This document shows positions 59,501 to 64,000 of a DNA stretch of 64,000 nucleotides, piece by piece; position 1 is the stretch's first letter, and the number at the start of each line of letters is the position of its first letter. This DNA comes from Lytechinus pictus (lineage: Eukaryota). A program made the translations under genes and the position numbers. The notes beneath the pieces are model-generated. The model made no database searches. It was given only the letters and a program-made list of their open reading frames with translations, and was not told the origin of the DNA. The stretch spans positions 15,750,001 through 15,814,000 of the forward strand of contig NC_087250.1 in the NCBI RefSeq assembly GCF_037042905.1, written 5' to 3'.

Positions 59501-59826
59501 CTTTTGATCTCAAAATCAATAGGCTTCCTGGGATCCATGCTAGTATCATACACACCAGATTTTATGACCCTACATATTACAGTCTTAACCCAATCTAGGC
59601 CAGGGTATTGGGAAATATGGCGGCGGGGGGAGCGCCTTGCAGAGGCCCTCTTGAGATCTTGACTGTTGACCGTGCAAAAAAGATCAACAACGAAAAGTTA
59701 GTTTTGTGTGGAACAGGGCTTCGGCACCGAGTACAATGGCGATTATTCCCTTACCATCTATTCAGTCCATTAATGTTGTTAAATGCCTTCGAAGAAATAT
59801 GAGTTCCCTGAACGCTTTCAAAGTCT
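778..59826 (-). CDS. Partial multi-exon gene (24 exons in window, ~1,091 codons): LRR x~7 - LRRCT - FN3 - PA14/fibro-slime - kringle - F5/8 type C x2 + start of third; 5' and 3' ends outside window
   Basis: 24 exons with AG/GT boundaries totalling 3275 nt; every junction is phase-compatible with no in-frame stop; domain motifs appear in a coherent order. Additional unseen exons, e.g. in the 32.6-43 kb intron, cannot be excluded. Confidence 0.85.
1055..1381. repeat. ~66-bp minisatellite, left part (about 5 decayed units)
   Basis: repeated cccaggttcataattctgtagtattac...gatagtggatgtagtattacttacct. Confidence 0.85.
1382..2814 (-). mobile_element. 5'-truncated, frameshifted Tx1/L1-group non-LTR retrotransposon (ORF2 C-terminus)
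   Basis: GRVLIIKTL...FLW...GG-x-x-x-ID...KWL; CCHC knuckle CEVC...EDLIHAFLYC; three overlapping ORF pieces; A-rich tail; TSD tagtattact at 1372-1381 and 2815-2824. Confidence 0.9.
2815..3077. repeat. ~66-bp minisatellite, right part (4 units), overlapping the 3' end of exon 3049-3220
   Basis: acttgatagtgg recurs at about 2822, 2884, 2950, 3016. Confidence 0.9.
3049..3220 (-). CDS. F5/8 type C domain 2, exon c: TFISNYDEDTIVVNYFDKPVTARHVKL...ALRMEILE...
   Basis: cccttag|ACC...G|gtaagt; phase 0-1. Confidence 0.92.
3432..3694. mobile_element. Short non-autonomous DNA element (CAGGGGCGGATCCAGG-type ends)
   Basis: cactggcaaatccagggg ... cctggatccgcccctg imperfect TIRs; related fragments near 29500 and 30160. 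Confidence 0.6.
3700..3870 (-). mobile_element. tRNA-derived SINE fragment
   Basis: minus-strand head with A/B-box-like motifs and core cactctccacccaggtgttaaatgggtacc shared with the SINE at 26630. Confidence 0.6.
4190..4618. mobile_element. MITE with CCCGGGG..GCACTC termini
   Basis: imperfect TIRs; inverted homolog at about 54910-55398. Confidence 0.65.
5027..5173. mobile_element. Small TTAA-flanked piggyBac-like MITE
   Basis: ttaa-ctctttgtgcgc ... gcgtggaaaggt-ttaa. Confidence 0.5.
5425..5688 (-). mobile_element. tRNA-derived SINE
   Basis: minus strand tgtggcccagtgg (A box) ... ggttcgaatccc (B box), core caacccaggtgaggtaaatgggtaccgg, AT-rich tail; several copies in window. Confidence 0.85.
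6378..6811. mobile_element. TTAA-CCCT..AGGG-TTAA piggyBac-like MITE family
   Basis: ttaaccctaa ... ttagggttaa; related partial copies at about 13520-13840, 30560-30840, 41040-41360, 46470-46880, 59240-59426. Confidence 0.65.
7042..7247 (-). CDS. F5/8 type C domain 2, exon b
   Basis: GGW...PWIQVDL...GVMTQGR...SFSVSYG...W; tttgtag/gtatgc sites; phase 1-0. Confidence 0.95.
7801..8050 (+). mobile_element. tRNA-derived SINE
   Basis: tggctcagtgg ... ggttcaaatccc head; same family as 5425-5688. Confidence 0.8.
11631..12478. mobile_element. piggyBac-like non-autonomous element
   Basis: TTAA at both ends; perfect 16-bp TIR ctctttgcccgccacg / cgtggcgggcaaagag. Confidence 0.85.
12943..13059 (-). CDS. 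F5/8 type C domain 2, exon a: SYAPLGMEDGRIQDDQLTQSSCWNEYHCAFRARLNIQD
   Basis: cttttcag|CT...G|gtaatt; PLGME-x-G-x-I ... ARLN; frame not reported in the ORF track. Confidence 0.92.
13945..14060. repeat. ~43-bp tandem repeat (about 2.7 copies)
   Basis: attctctccttgttctttgaaaccctcaattaatttcttctca repeated. Confidence 0.85.
14676..14850. repeat. GA-rich low-complexity tract directly after an exon donor
   Basis: almost purine-only run. Confidence 0.9.
14856..15045 (-). CDS. F5/8 type C domain 1, exon c
   Basis: IFTGN...ARYVRV...CLRLELIG; phase 0-1. Confidence 0.92.
16085..16287 (-). CDS. F5/8 type C domain 1, exon b
   Basis: WCA...EWIQVDLG...GVMTQGR...SFRVIYSSD...W; phase 1-0. Confidence 0.95.
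16570..17390 (-). mobile_element. Highly decayed LINE 3' fragment (RTE-X-like)
   Basis: remnant motifs FDKLLLP... and QKFRFS...IG resembling LINE ORF2 C-termini; many disruptions. Confidence 0.35.
18188..18304 (-). CDS. F5/8 type C (discoidin) domain 1, exon a
   Basis: MGAEDGRL...SASS...ARLN; phase 1-1. Confidence 0.9.
18393..20025. mobile_element. MITE (TIR aatag/aataag-ccagttcgtag) split by a nested HINE-like element
   Basis: the two halves match the uninterrupted inverted copy at 38788-39238. Confidence 0.85.
18683..19865. mobile_element. Helentron-associated (HINE/DINE-like) non-autonomous element with internal ~160-bp tandem repeats
   Basis: subterminal IR gtctcgcctgca (18706-18717) / tgcaggcgagac (19851-19862), terminal hairpin, (GCC)n microsatellite, about 5 tandem units, inserted in an A-run with no clear TSD. 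Confidence 0.8.
20536..20808 (-). CDS. Kringle domain exon
   Basis: ECYTDPQGLDYRGFVSVSENGHACKNW...GLGDHNYCRTP...PVC...EYCNV...C; phase 1-1; tttctag/gtacgt sites. Confidence 0.95.
20841..21152. mobile_element. PIF/Harbinger-like MITE
   Basis: ~70-bp TIR ggcccgtattctgaagtcggg...; 3-bp TSD cat; sister copy 55623-55941 with TSD act. Confidence 0.85.
21329..21511. mobile_element. Palindromic MITE (Harbinger-like)
   Basis: gtttcataaagctgttcgtaagttaagagcgactttaagaac ... inverted at right end. Confidence 0.8.
22530..22800 (+). mobile_element. tRNA-derived SINE
   Basis: tggtctagtgg ... ggtttgaatcc head; cccaggtgaggtaaatgggtaccgg core. Confidence 0.85.
22835..23072 (-). CDS. PA14/fibro-slime C-terminal exon: VGDSYTFDMFMAERFECSSELFMEFQNIEL... 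plus linker
   Basis: ttcaaag|GTT...G|gtgaga; G-x-x-Y-x-F-D-x-F-x-AER motif; overlaps ORF 22806..23048. Confidence 0.9.
23640..23915. mobile_element. MITE, homolog at about 50920-51198
   Basis: TIR-like acaaagagttatgattgatc / gatcaatcgcaaatctttgt; shared interior. Confidence 0.7.
24248..24345 (-). CDS. PA14-domain insert exon: EVRISIYQGVIKHGRCASLSYLPNENVTILLR
   Basis: cttcatag|GG...AGG|gtaaac; phase 1-0 exactly bridges the flanking exons. Confidence 0.8.
25054..25494. mobile_element. MITE with TIR aataagcc(t/a)gttcacggtt
   Basis: near-identical copy at 48666-49061; this copy carries an extra ~45-bp insert. Confidence 0.85.
25526..25695 (-). CDS. PA14/fibro-slime core exon: FTSVLRSSFHHSGQEVITLGGGEEIWLFLDGHLIMEI...
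   Basis: ccaag|A...G|gtatgt; aligns by eye to F-x-Y-x-G-x-E-x-F-x-F-x-GDDDVWVFI-x-x-x-L. Confidence 0.9.
26749..27987. mobile_element. Kolobok-like non-autonomous element (TTAA TSD, AGGGGAATCC termini) nested in a SINE (about 26630-28030)
   Basis: ttaa-aggggaatcc ... ggattcccct-ttaa; flanks rejoin as SINE core cccaggtgttaaatgggtacc. Confidence 0.8.
28099..28188 (-). CDS. PA14/fibro-slime exon: SWNESYFPIDELGFGHEDLSDCDGAFHNFG
   Basis: cctatag|G...GG|gtaag; FPID-x-x-GFG ... HNF signature. Confidence 0.9.
28572..29010. mobile_element. MITE, TIR CAGACCTGCCAACC, 6-bp TSD tacatg
   Basis: perfect 14-bp TIR; related copy 53511-53911. Confidence 0.85.
30200..30388 (-). CDS. PA14/fibro-slime exon: ASPLPTYNSP...MFSSWFKTDPEVNVALTSHLTAWWYPDESLYR
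   Basis: tttgctag|A...AG|gtatgt; 189 nt open; F-x-x-W-F-x-x-x-P-x-V-N motif. Confidence 0.85.
30992..31887. mobile_element. Tc1/mariner-like non-autonomous element with nested SINE fragment
   Basis: TIR cagttgaggccaaaagtttacat / atgtaaacttctggcctcaactg in TA-rich context. Confidence 0.8.
31297..31540 (-). mobile_element. SINE fragment with Nin-type core
   Basis: ccctactcttatacgaatagtgcagtgggttaacgtg...cacggggcctccatttaacatcctatccgag resembles the Nin-SINE domain as I recall it; (taa)n tail. Confidence 0.6.
31922..31979 (-). CDS. PA14/fibro-slime N-terminal exon: PPDMNGQQLNFTISTYDFR
   Basis: attcag|TA...AG|gtaaat; resembles the L-x-x-T-x-x-x-DF start of fibro-slime domains; phase 1-2. Confidence 0.75.
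32576..32644 (-). CDS. Cys-containing linker exon: CSAHGNGTQNNDIEAPCIPLVT
   Basis: atcttag|AA...G|gtaaat; 69 nt phase 1-1; coding-like island in very AT-rich intron. Confidence 0.7.
32910..33185 (-). mobile_element. tRNA-derived SINE
   Basis: same head and core as 5425-5688. Confidence 0.85.
33232..33615. mobile_element. Near-fully palindromic MITE (ggcccgaattcacaaaggtggttttgaaaacc)
   Basis: long TIRs; relatives at about 13125-13370 and 60422-61368. Confidence 0.85.
33926..34335. repeat. Decayed element built of ttccgaaggttcgtta subrepeats
   Basis: same family as 60819-61317 and about 40680-40875. Confidence 0.75.
34735..35300. repeat. Decayed ~150-bp tandem repeat (HINE-like core)
   Basis: repeated tattacccaaggatc...gatgcagaaataaagaaatgag...tgacctttga. 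Confidence 0.65.
36354..36620 (+). mobile_element. SINE with tRNA(CAT)-like head
   Basis: tggtccagtggttagagc (A box), ctcataa loop, gttcgaatcc (B box), mismatched acceptor stem, A-rich tail. Confidence 0.65.
36640..39610. repeat. ~170-180-bp satellite array, interrupted by a MITE
   Basis: ctgactggg at about 37452, 37628, 37801, 37973, 38143, 38315, 38496, 38677; units decay toward the left end. Confidence 0.9.
38788..39238. mobile_element. MITE inserted in the satellite
   Basis: TIR ccagttcgtagtt / aactacgaactgg; inverted homolog of 18393-20025. Confidence 0.85.
39620..40380. repeat. Dispersed repeat, diverged inverted homolog at about 51570-52350
   Basis: ccagagttctgattggctg vs cagccaatcagaactctag plus flanking similarity. 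Confidence 0.6.
41535..42554. mobile_element. HINE-like element, second copy
   Basis: same termini (agtggaacgcctc...gtctcgcctgca; gcaggcgagacaaaa) with about 4 internal units. Confidence 0.85.
43051..43247 (-). CDS. FN3 domain, second exon: EAEIQCTNEDNAPTLTANVN...DIEYICSVGSVWEGNSS...
   Basis: aacacag|A...C|gtaag; phase 2-1; FN3-like Y-x-x-x-V-x-S strand F motif. Confidence 0.75.
44657..44756 (-). CDS. FN3 domain, first exon: ARTVSAFKPEPTNVTVIWEMPSEAYPGATSPPV
   Basis: aaatgcag|CT...GT|gtaagt; T-x-V-x-V-x-W-x-x-P FN3 signature; phase 1-2. Confidence 0.8.
45134..45294. mobile_element. Palindromic MITE
   Basis: cctcagtcacatt...ccgtacggcgag / ctcgccgtacgg...aatgtgaccgagg. Confidence 0.75.
45574..45758 (-). 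CDS. LRR C-terminal cap (LRRCT) exon: GMLNNSLQCTCD...RCREP...G...FLC
   Basis: N-x-L-x-C-x-C ... C-x-x-P ... F-x-C four-cysteine cap; phase 2-1; overlaps ORF 45530..45754. Confidence 0.85.
47155..47302. mobile_element. Short Harbinger-like MITE
   Basis: ggcccgatgcagaaagagtt / aactctttctgcaacgggcc TIRs. Confidence 0.7.
47785..47856 (-). CDS. LRR exon (72 nt): DLRHNLITYIGPDAFTPLPSLWDV
   Basis: tgtacag|T...GT|gtaagt; canonical LRR. Confidence 0.9.
48666..49061. mobile_element. MITE, copy of 25054-25494
   Basis: direct near-identity over about 400 bp. Confidence 0.85.
49520..49591 (-). CDS. LRR exon (72 nt): HMYNNRIAYIPAGLFSGLQKLRQI
   Basis: cttttcag|A...AT|gtaagt; canonical typical-class LRR. 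Confidence 0.9.
49660..49833 (-). mobile_element. tRNA-derived SINE (partial)
   Basis: same core and head as the other SINE copies. Confidence 0.75.
50157..50274 (-). mobile_element. Short Penelope-like/retrozyme-type insert carrying a minimal hammerhead motif
   Basis: flanking direct repeat attatttt (50149-50156 / 50275-50282); near-identical to the inverted sequence 54430-54548. Confidence 0.6.
50231..50269 (-). ncRNA. Putative minimal type I hammerhead ribozyme (variant core CCGACGA)
   Basis: gcct-CCGACGA-a-gattc(tgcta)ggatc-GAAA-gc-UU-aggc on the minus strand. Confidence 0.5.
50611..50748 (-). CDS. Two-LRR exon (138 nt, phase 2-2): SLKGNKLQEQPLINSQSLTFLDLSENAITSFRSPRIFKTLVSLETI
   Basis: LxxLDLSxNxI consensus; ccaaaag|C...AT|gtaagt. 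Confidence 0.9.
52877..52948 (-). CDS. LRR exon (72 nt, phase 2-2): VWKNNLLEHLATEAFRGLRDVYSF
   Basis: ctttcgcag|G...TT|gtgagt; N-x-L-x-x-L-x-x-x-AFxGL typical LRR. Confidence 0.85.
53511..53911. mobile_element. MITE, TIR CAGACCTGCCAACC, 6-bp TSD tgtccc/tgtacc
   Basis: TIRs with 1 mismatch at the right end; same termini as 28572-29010. Confidence 0.75.
54372..54410 (-). ncRNA. Putative minimal hammerhead ribozyme (left arm of inverted pair)
   Basis: identical 39-nt motif to 50231-50269. Confidence 0.5.
54434..54472 (+). ncRNA. Putative minimal hammerhead ribozyme (right arm of inverted pair)
   Basis: gcctccgacgaagattctgctaggatcgaaagcttaggc. Confidence 0.5.
54681..54892. mobile_element. Harbinger-like MITE, TSD cag
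   Basis: ggggtgtttcacaaagatttaagtatgactta / taagtcatacttaaatctttgtgaaacacc. Confidence 0.8.
54910..55398. mobile_element. MITE, inverted homolog of 4190-4618
   Basis: cacacccccatcaaaatgtaatttgagtgcccccc matches the reverse complement of about 4198-4235. Confidence 0.65.
55623..55941. mobile_element. PIF/Harbinger-like MITE, TSD act
   Basis: sister of 20841-21152. Confidence 0.85.
56538..56609 (-). CDS. LRR exon (72 nt, phase 2-2): DFSNCEIVEVEGRIISGNSKVMNL
   Basis: ccccatacag|G...TT|gtaagt; 72 nt; DFSNCxI LRR-type motif. Confidence 0.75.
56690..57125 (-). mobile_element. L2/CR1-group LINE 3' fragment
   Basis: YQPSRSLRSS...AFSVVAPTLWNSLPLSLR...FKVALKTYLF, typical ORF2 C-terminus, followed by a repetitive 3' tail. 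Confidence 0.85.
57962..58538. mobile_element. Kolobok-like MITE with long TIRs
   Basis: agggatggtccgggctgaaa / tttcagcccggaccatccct-ttaa; arms pair over about 180 bp. Confidence 0.8.
59755..59826 (-). CDS. LRR exon (72 nt, phase 2-2): DFESVQGTHISSKAFNNINGLNRW
   Basis: catacag|A...TG|gtaagg; exactly 72 nt; LRR-like I-S-x-x-A-F-x-x pattern. Confidence 0.7.
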
Positions 59827-59945
59827 CTGTATGCATACAACGGGGAAGAACAAACTTGAAATATTTTGAAATTACACTGCATGACAGAGTACATGTAGCT
59901 AGTGGTACATATGTTGTTGTATTCATCATCATGGCTTCCTTTTTG

Positions 59946-60348
59946 TTAAAGGTAAATGCTAGTTTTGGTAACGATATCAAAATGAGTTCGTACAGAATCC
60001 AATGAAATGACCACCAAAGTGTCTGTTTGTATAAATAAAACGCATGTGCCAAAGGATTCTGGAAGAAATTGTGTAATTGCTGAGAAATCAGCAAATAAGC
60101 ACAGGATTCGGGTAGAGCGTCGGGCCCGACGCTCAAAGCAATAATTATACACTGTCCCACGTGCGCTTATCTGTGTTGGGGAAGTTCAGTCTGAACATTT
60201 TTCAGCGTAGATTTCAAGATTTCACAAAGTTCAGTTTATGTAACCGTACCAGATCTAGATCCTCGATGATATACTGACAATTAAGCCTGGTTTTACAGAC
60301 TTTCTCATGAAATCAGTGTTTACTGCAACTACTGGAATTTCTCTTTAA
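59946..60348. mobile_element. Kolobok-like MITE
   Basis: ttaa-aggtaaatgctagt ... actggaatttctct-ttaa. Confidence 0.6.
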
Positions 60349-60421
60349 CAAAAACATGTTCATGTACATGTATAGCTTTTTTTTTCGCACATCTTTGACC
60401 TACCTGCCCAAAAGCAAAAAT

Positions 60422-61368
60422 GGCCTGAATTCACAAAGGTGGTTTTGAAAACCATTGGTTGAACCCATGGTTTATACAGATTTCTTTTATAAATTACGCT
60501 TATTTAACACATATATTAAAAGAATGTTCAATTCTGATGCACACGACCAACACAGTGTGTGAAATTGACGCCTGTTGCCATGGTTAAGTACGCTATTTTA
60601 TTCAAGAGTCTATTGTTTTAAATTAATGAGTCTACTGTTTTGAATCAATGAGTCAACTGTTTTCAATTAATGAGTGAACTGTTTTTGACTCGTGAATAAT
60701 AGTCTTGATAATCACAGCAACATGCGTCAATTTGGTGTACTGTGACAAAAGCGCGCACCAGTACTGGTCATTGCTTGAGATACGCTGTAAATTATACAGG
60801 AAAATAGCATAAACCATGCGCATACATTCGTAATTCCGAAGCTTCGTTATTCCGAAGGTTCGGATATTCCGAAGGTTCGTTATTCCGAAGGTTCGTAATT
60901 CCGAAGGTTCGTTAGTCCGAAAACGAAATGAGGTTCGTAATTCCGAAGGTTCGTTAGTCCGAAAACGATGTGAGGTTCGTAATTCCGATGGTTCGTTAGT
61001 CCGAAAACGAAATGAGGTTCGTAATTCCGAAGGTTCGTTAGTCCGAAAACGAAATGATTAACGAACCTTATTTCGTTTTTGGACTAACGAACCTTCGGAA
61101 CAACAACCTTATTTCGTTTTCGGATTAACGAACCTTCGGAATAACGAACCTTATTTCGTTTTCTGATTATCGAACCTTCGGAATAACGAACCTTCGGAAT
61201 AATGCCACAAATGTTCGGATTAATGAACCCCTTTACGTTTTCGGATTAACGAACATCGAGGTATAGGCAATTTACGTGTTTCGGAATAAAGAACCTTCGG
61301 AATTACGAAGTGTAACCAGACCATGGGTCCAACCGATGGTTTTCAAAACCACCTTTGTAAGTTCGGGC
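60422..61368. mobile_element. Palindromic MITE (33232 family) with nested insertion
   Basis: TIRs ggcctgaattcacaaaggtggttttgaaaacc / ggttttcaaaaccacctttgtaagttcgggc. Confidence 0.8.
60819..61317. mobile_element. Foldback-like MITE of ttccgaaggttcg subrepeats, 8-bp TSD
   Basis: left-arm repeats are inverted in the right arm; TSD aaaccatg / agaccatg. Confidence 0.8.
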
Positions 61369-62237
61369 TAATAAGTCCCACGGGAGGTTTTCTGTAAAGA
61401 GCCAAAATATTATTTGGTCTTCAAAAAGCAAATATCAGAAAATTTGCTCATGTGAAAGAGAAATTATTCCACAAACCTTGGAGATGTAAAGTTGAGAAGC
61501 AAGAGTTTCTTTGAGACCATTAAAAAAAAAAAAAAATTCTCTATTTTAGGAATTTCGTTCTCAATGATAGACGACACACAGTATTGGTTAAGTTTGTGTT
61601 CCCTGTAATGTAATGATCATAAACATAGACTGGTAGAGCTTCTCATCTATCATGCTGAGATGCACTACAGTGTAAAGATCTGGCTGATATGCGGACATTT
61701 ACCATCCAAGAGGCTTCAAGCCTTACATTGGACAGTGTGATAGATGGATGCTTTACCAGCACCGTCTTTGGAATTGAGGGCAAATAAACATCTCGTTTAT
61801 GCCAAAATTTTAAAAAATAAGTAAATAAAAAAAATTAATCACCAACATGAGTAAGGGATTCCGAAATCTTAATACATAAATTTGTAAATATAACCAGCCA
61901 CCCAAAAAGCGACAATAAGAGATAATAATAATTTTGAGATATTTATTGAGTATGAAAAAGCACTTCCTATTAAAGATTTAAAATGATGTATAAGTTGTCA
62001 AAGTTGTTCAACAATAACTCTGTAAAGCACTTGATTAATGCATCAGAAACCAAACAAGAGCTTCAAAACTTGGGGTTCATAGTGCACTCTCAGTGGAATT
62101 TCCAAGCAGGCCACGAGATAGGGTGTCAAAGAAACTCTAGTACCTTGCATTTTATTCAACTTTACAACAGTGGTGTACAGATGGGGGGCTGGGGTGTTTG
62201 CCCCCCCCCCCCCAAAAAAAAAAATCACTACCAAGAA

Positions 62238-64000
62238 AACAGGTGGATCACTTCTAGCAGTCTCGCCTGCATTACGCGATTCGATATAGCAGCTGCAGTG
62301 CCGACTTTGAAAACGACTATAAAATAATTATTCACCAAAAAACACCATTCATATAATATTATCCTACTATGTTCATTGACCCTTAATGGCATTTGACCTT
62401 GATCAAGTGACCTACGACTTAGTGTGCAAGATGAGCAATGATACTGGATTATCCGTATGTCCACATTTTATTAACTATATCCATAAAATTTCAAAGTAAT
62501 TATAATTATTCAACAATTACCTACAACATGGCCAAAATTCATCGACCTTAAAAGACCTTCGACCTTTGTCATGTGACCTGAAACTTGCACAGGATGTTCA
62601 GTGATATTTTATTACCTTTATGTCCAAGTTTTATGAACTAGCTCCATAAACATTAAAAGTCATGATGGAAATACGATGGAAATATTAACTATATCCATAA
62701 ACTTTCAAAGTAATTATGATTATAATTATTCAACAATTACCTACAACATGGCCAAAATTCATCGACCTTAAAAGACCTCCAACCTTTGTCATGTGACCTG
62801 AAACTTGCACAGGATGTTCAGTGATATTTGATTACCTTTATGTCCAAGTTTTATGAACTAGCTCCATAAACATTAAAAGTCATGATGGAAATATGATGGA
62901 AATATTAACTATATCCATAAACTTTCAAAGTAATTATGATTATAATTATTTAACAATTACCTACAACATGGCCAAAATTCATCGACCTTAAAAGACCTTC
63001 GACCTTTGTCATGTGACCTGAAACTTGCACAGGATGTTCAGTGATATTTGATTACCTTTATGTCCAAGTTTTATGAACTAGCTCAATAAACATTAAAAGT
63101 CATGATGGAAATATGATGGAAATATTAACTTTATCCATAAACTTTCAAAGTAATTATGATTATAATTATTCAACAATTACCTACAACATGGCCAAAATTC
63201 ATCGACCTTAAAAGACCTTCGTCCTTTGTCATGAGACCTGAAACTCGCACAGGATGTTCAGTGATATTTGATTACCTTTATGTCCAAGTTTTATGAACTA
63301 GCTCCATAAACATTAAAAGTCATGATGGAAATATGATGGAAATATTAACTATATCCATAAACTTTCAAAGTAATTATGATTATAATTATTCAACAATTAC
63401 CTACAACATGGCCAAAATTCATCGACCTTAAAAGACCTTCGACCTTTGTCATGTGACCTGAAACTCGCACAGGACGTTCAGTGATATTTGATCACCTTTA
63501 TGTCCAAGTTTTATGAACTAGCTCCATAAACATTAAAAGTCATGATGGAAATATGGTGGAAATATTAACTATATCCATAAACTTTCAAAGTAATTATGAT
63601 TATAATTATTCAACAATTACCTACAACATGGCCAAAATTCATCGACCTTAAAAGACCTTTGTCATGTGACCTAAAACAAGTACAGGATGTTCAGTGATAT
63701 TTGATTACCTTTATGTCCAAGTTTTATGAACTAGCTCCATAAACATTAAAAGTCATCATGGAAATTCAACAAATACCCCCAACATGCCCAAAGTTCATTG
63801 ACCCTAAAAATGACCTTTGACCTTGGTCATGTGACCTGAAACCAAGGAAGGATGTTCAGTAATACTTGATTTACCTTGTGTCCAAGTTTCATGAACTACG
63901 TCCATATACCTTTTTAAGTTATATCATTTAAAAAACTTAACCTTAGGTATAAGATTTGATGTTGATGACGCCATGATCACCGAAAAGCGGTGCCAATAGT
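62238..64000. mobile_element. HINE-like element, third copy, with an expanded 220-bp satellite
   Basis: gtctcgcctgcattacgcg left end; ctacaacatg at 62521, 62741, 62961, 63181, 63401, 63621; right end runs off the window. Confidence 0.85.

Noticed and set aside
60819..61317. CRISPR-like short regular repeats
   Set aside because: No unique spacers, inverted arms, eukaryotic context; it is a MITE.

Overview
AT-rich, repeat-dense eukaryotic DNA. The SINE/MITE repertoire looks like a marine invertebrate, probably a sea urchin (inference). The whole window lies inside one large intron-rich minus-strand gene that the ORF track largely misses. I read 24 GT-AG exons by hand between 59826 and 778. Their splice phases are mutually consistent and join into about 1,090 stop-free codons, and both ends of the gene lie outside the window. 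The encoded mosaic extracellular protein runs: about 7 LRRs - LRRCT - FN3 - PA14 domain of the fibro-slime (Dictyostelium PsiA/Fibrobacter) type - kringle - F5/8C - F5/8C - start of a third F5/8C. The introns hold a 5'-truncated Tx1-like LINE inserted into a minisatellite made of an amplified exon/donor junction. They also hold short TSD-flanked Penelope-type inserts carrying minimal hammerhead-ribozyme motifs (one as an inverted pair), Helentron/HINE-like elements seeding satellites, a ~175-bp satellite, tRNA-derived SINEs and many MITE families. All domain and TE family calls come from motif recognition by eye, not from database searches.
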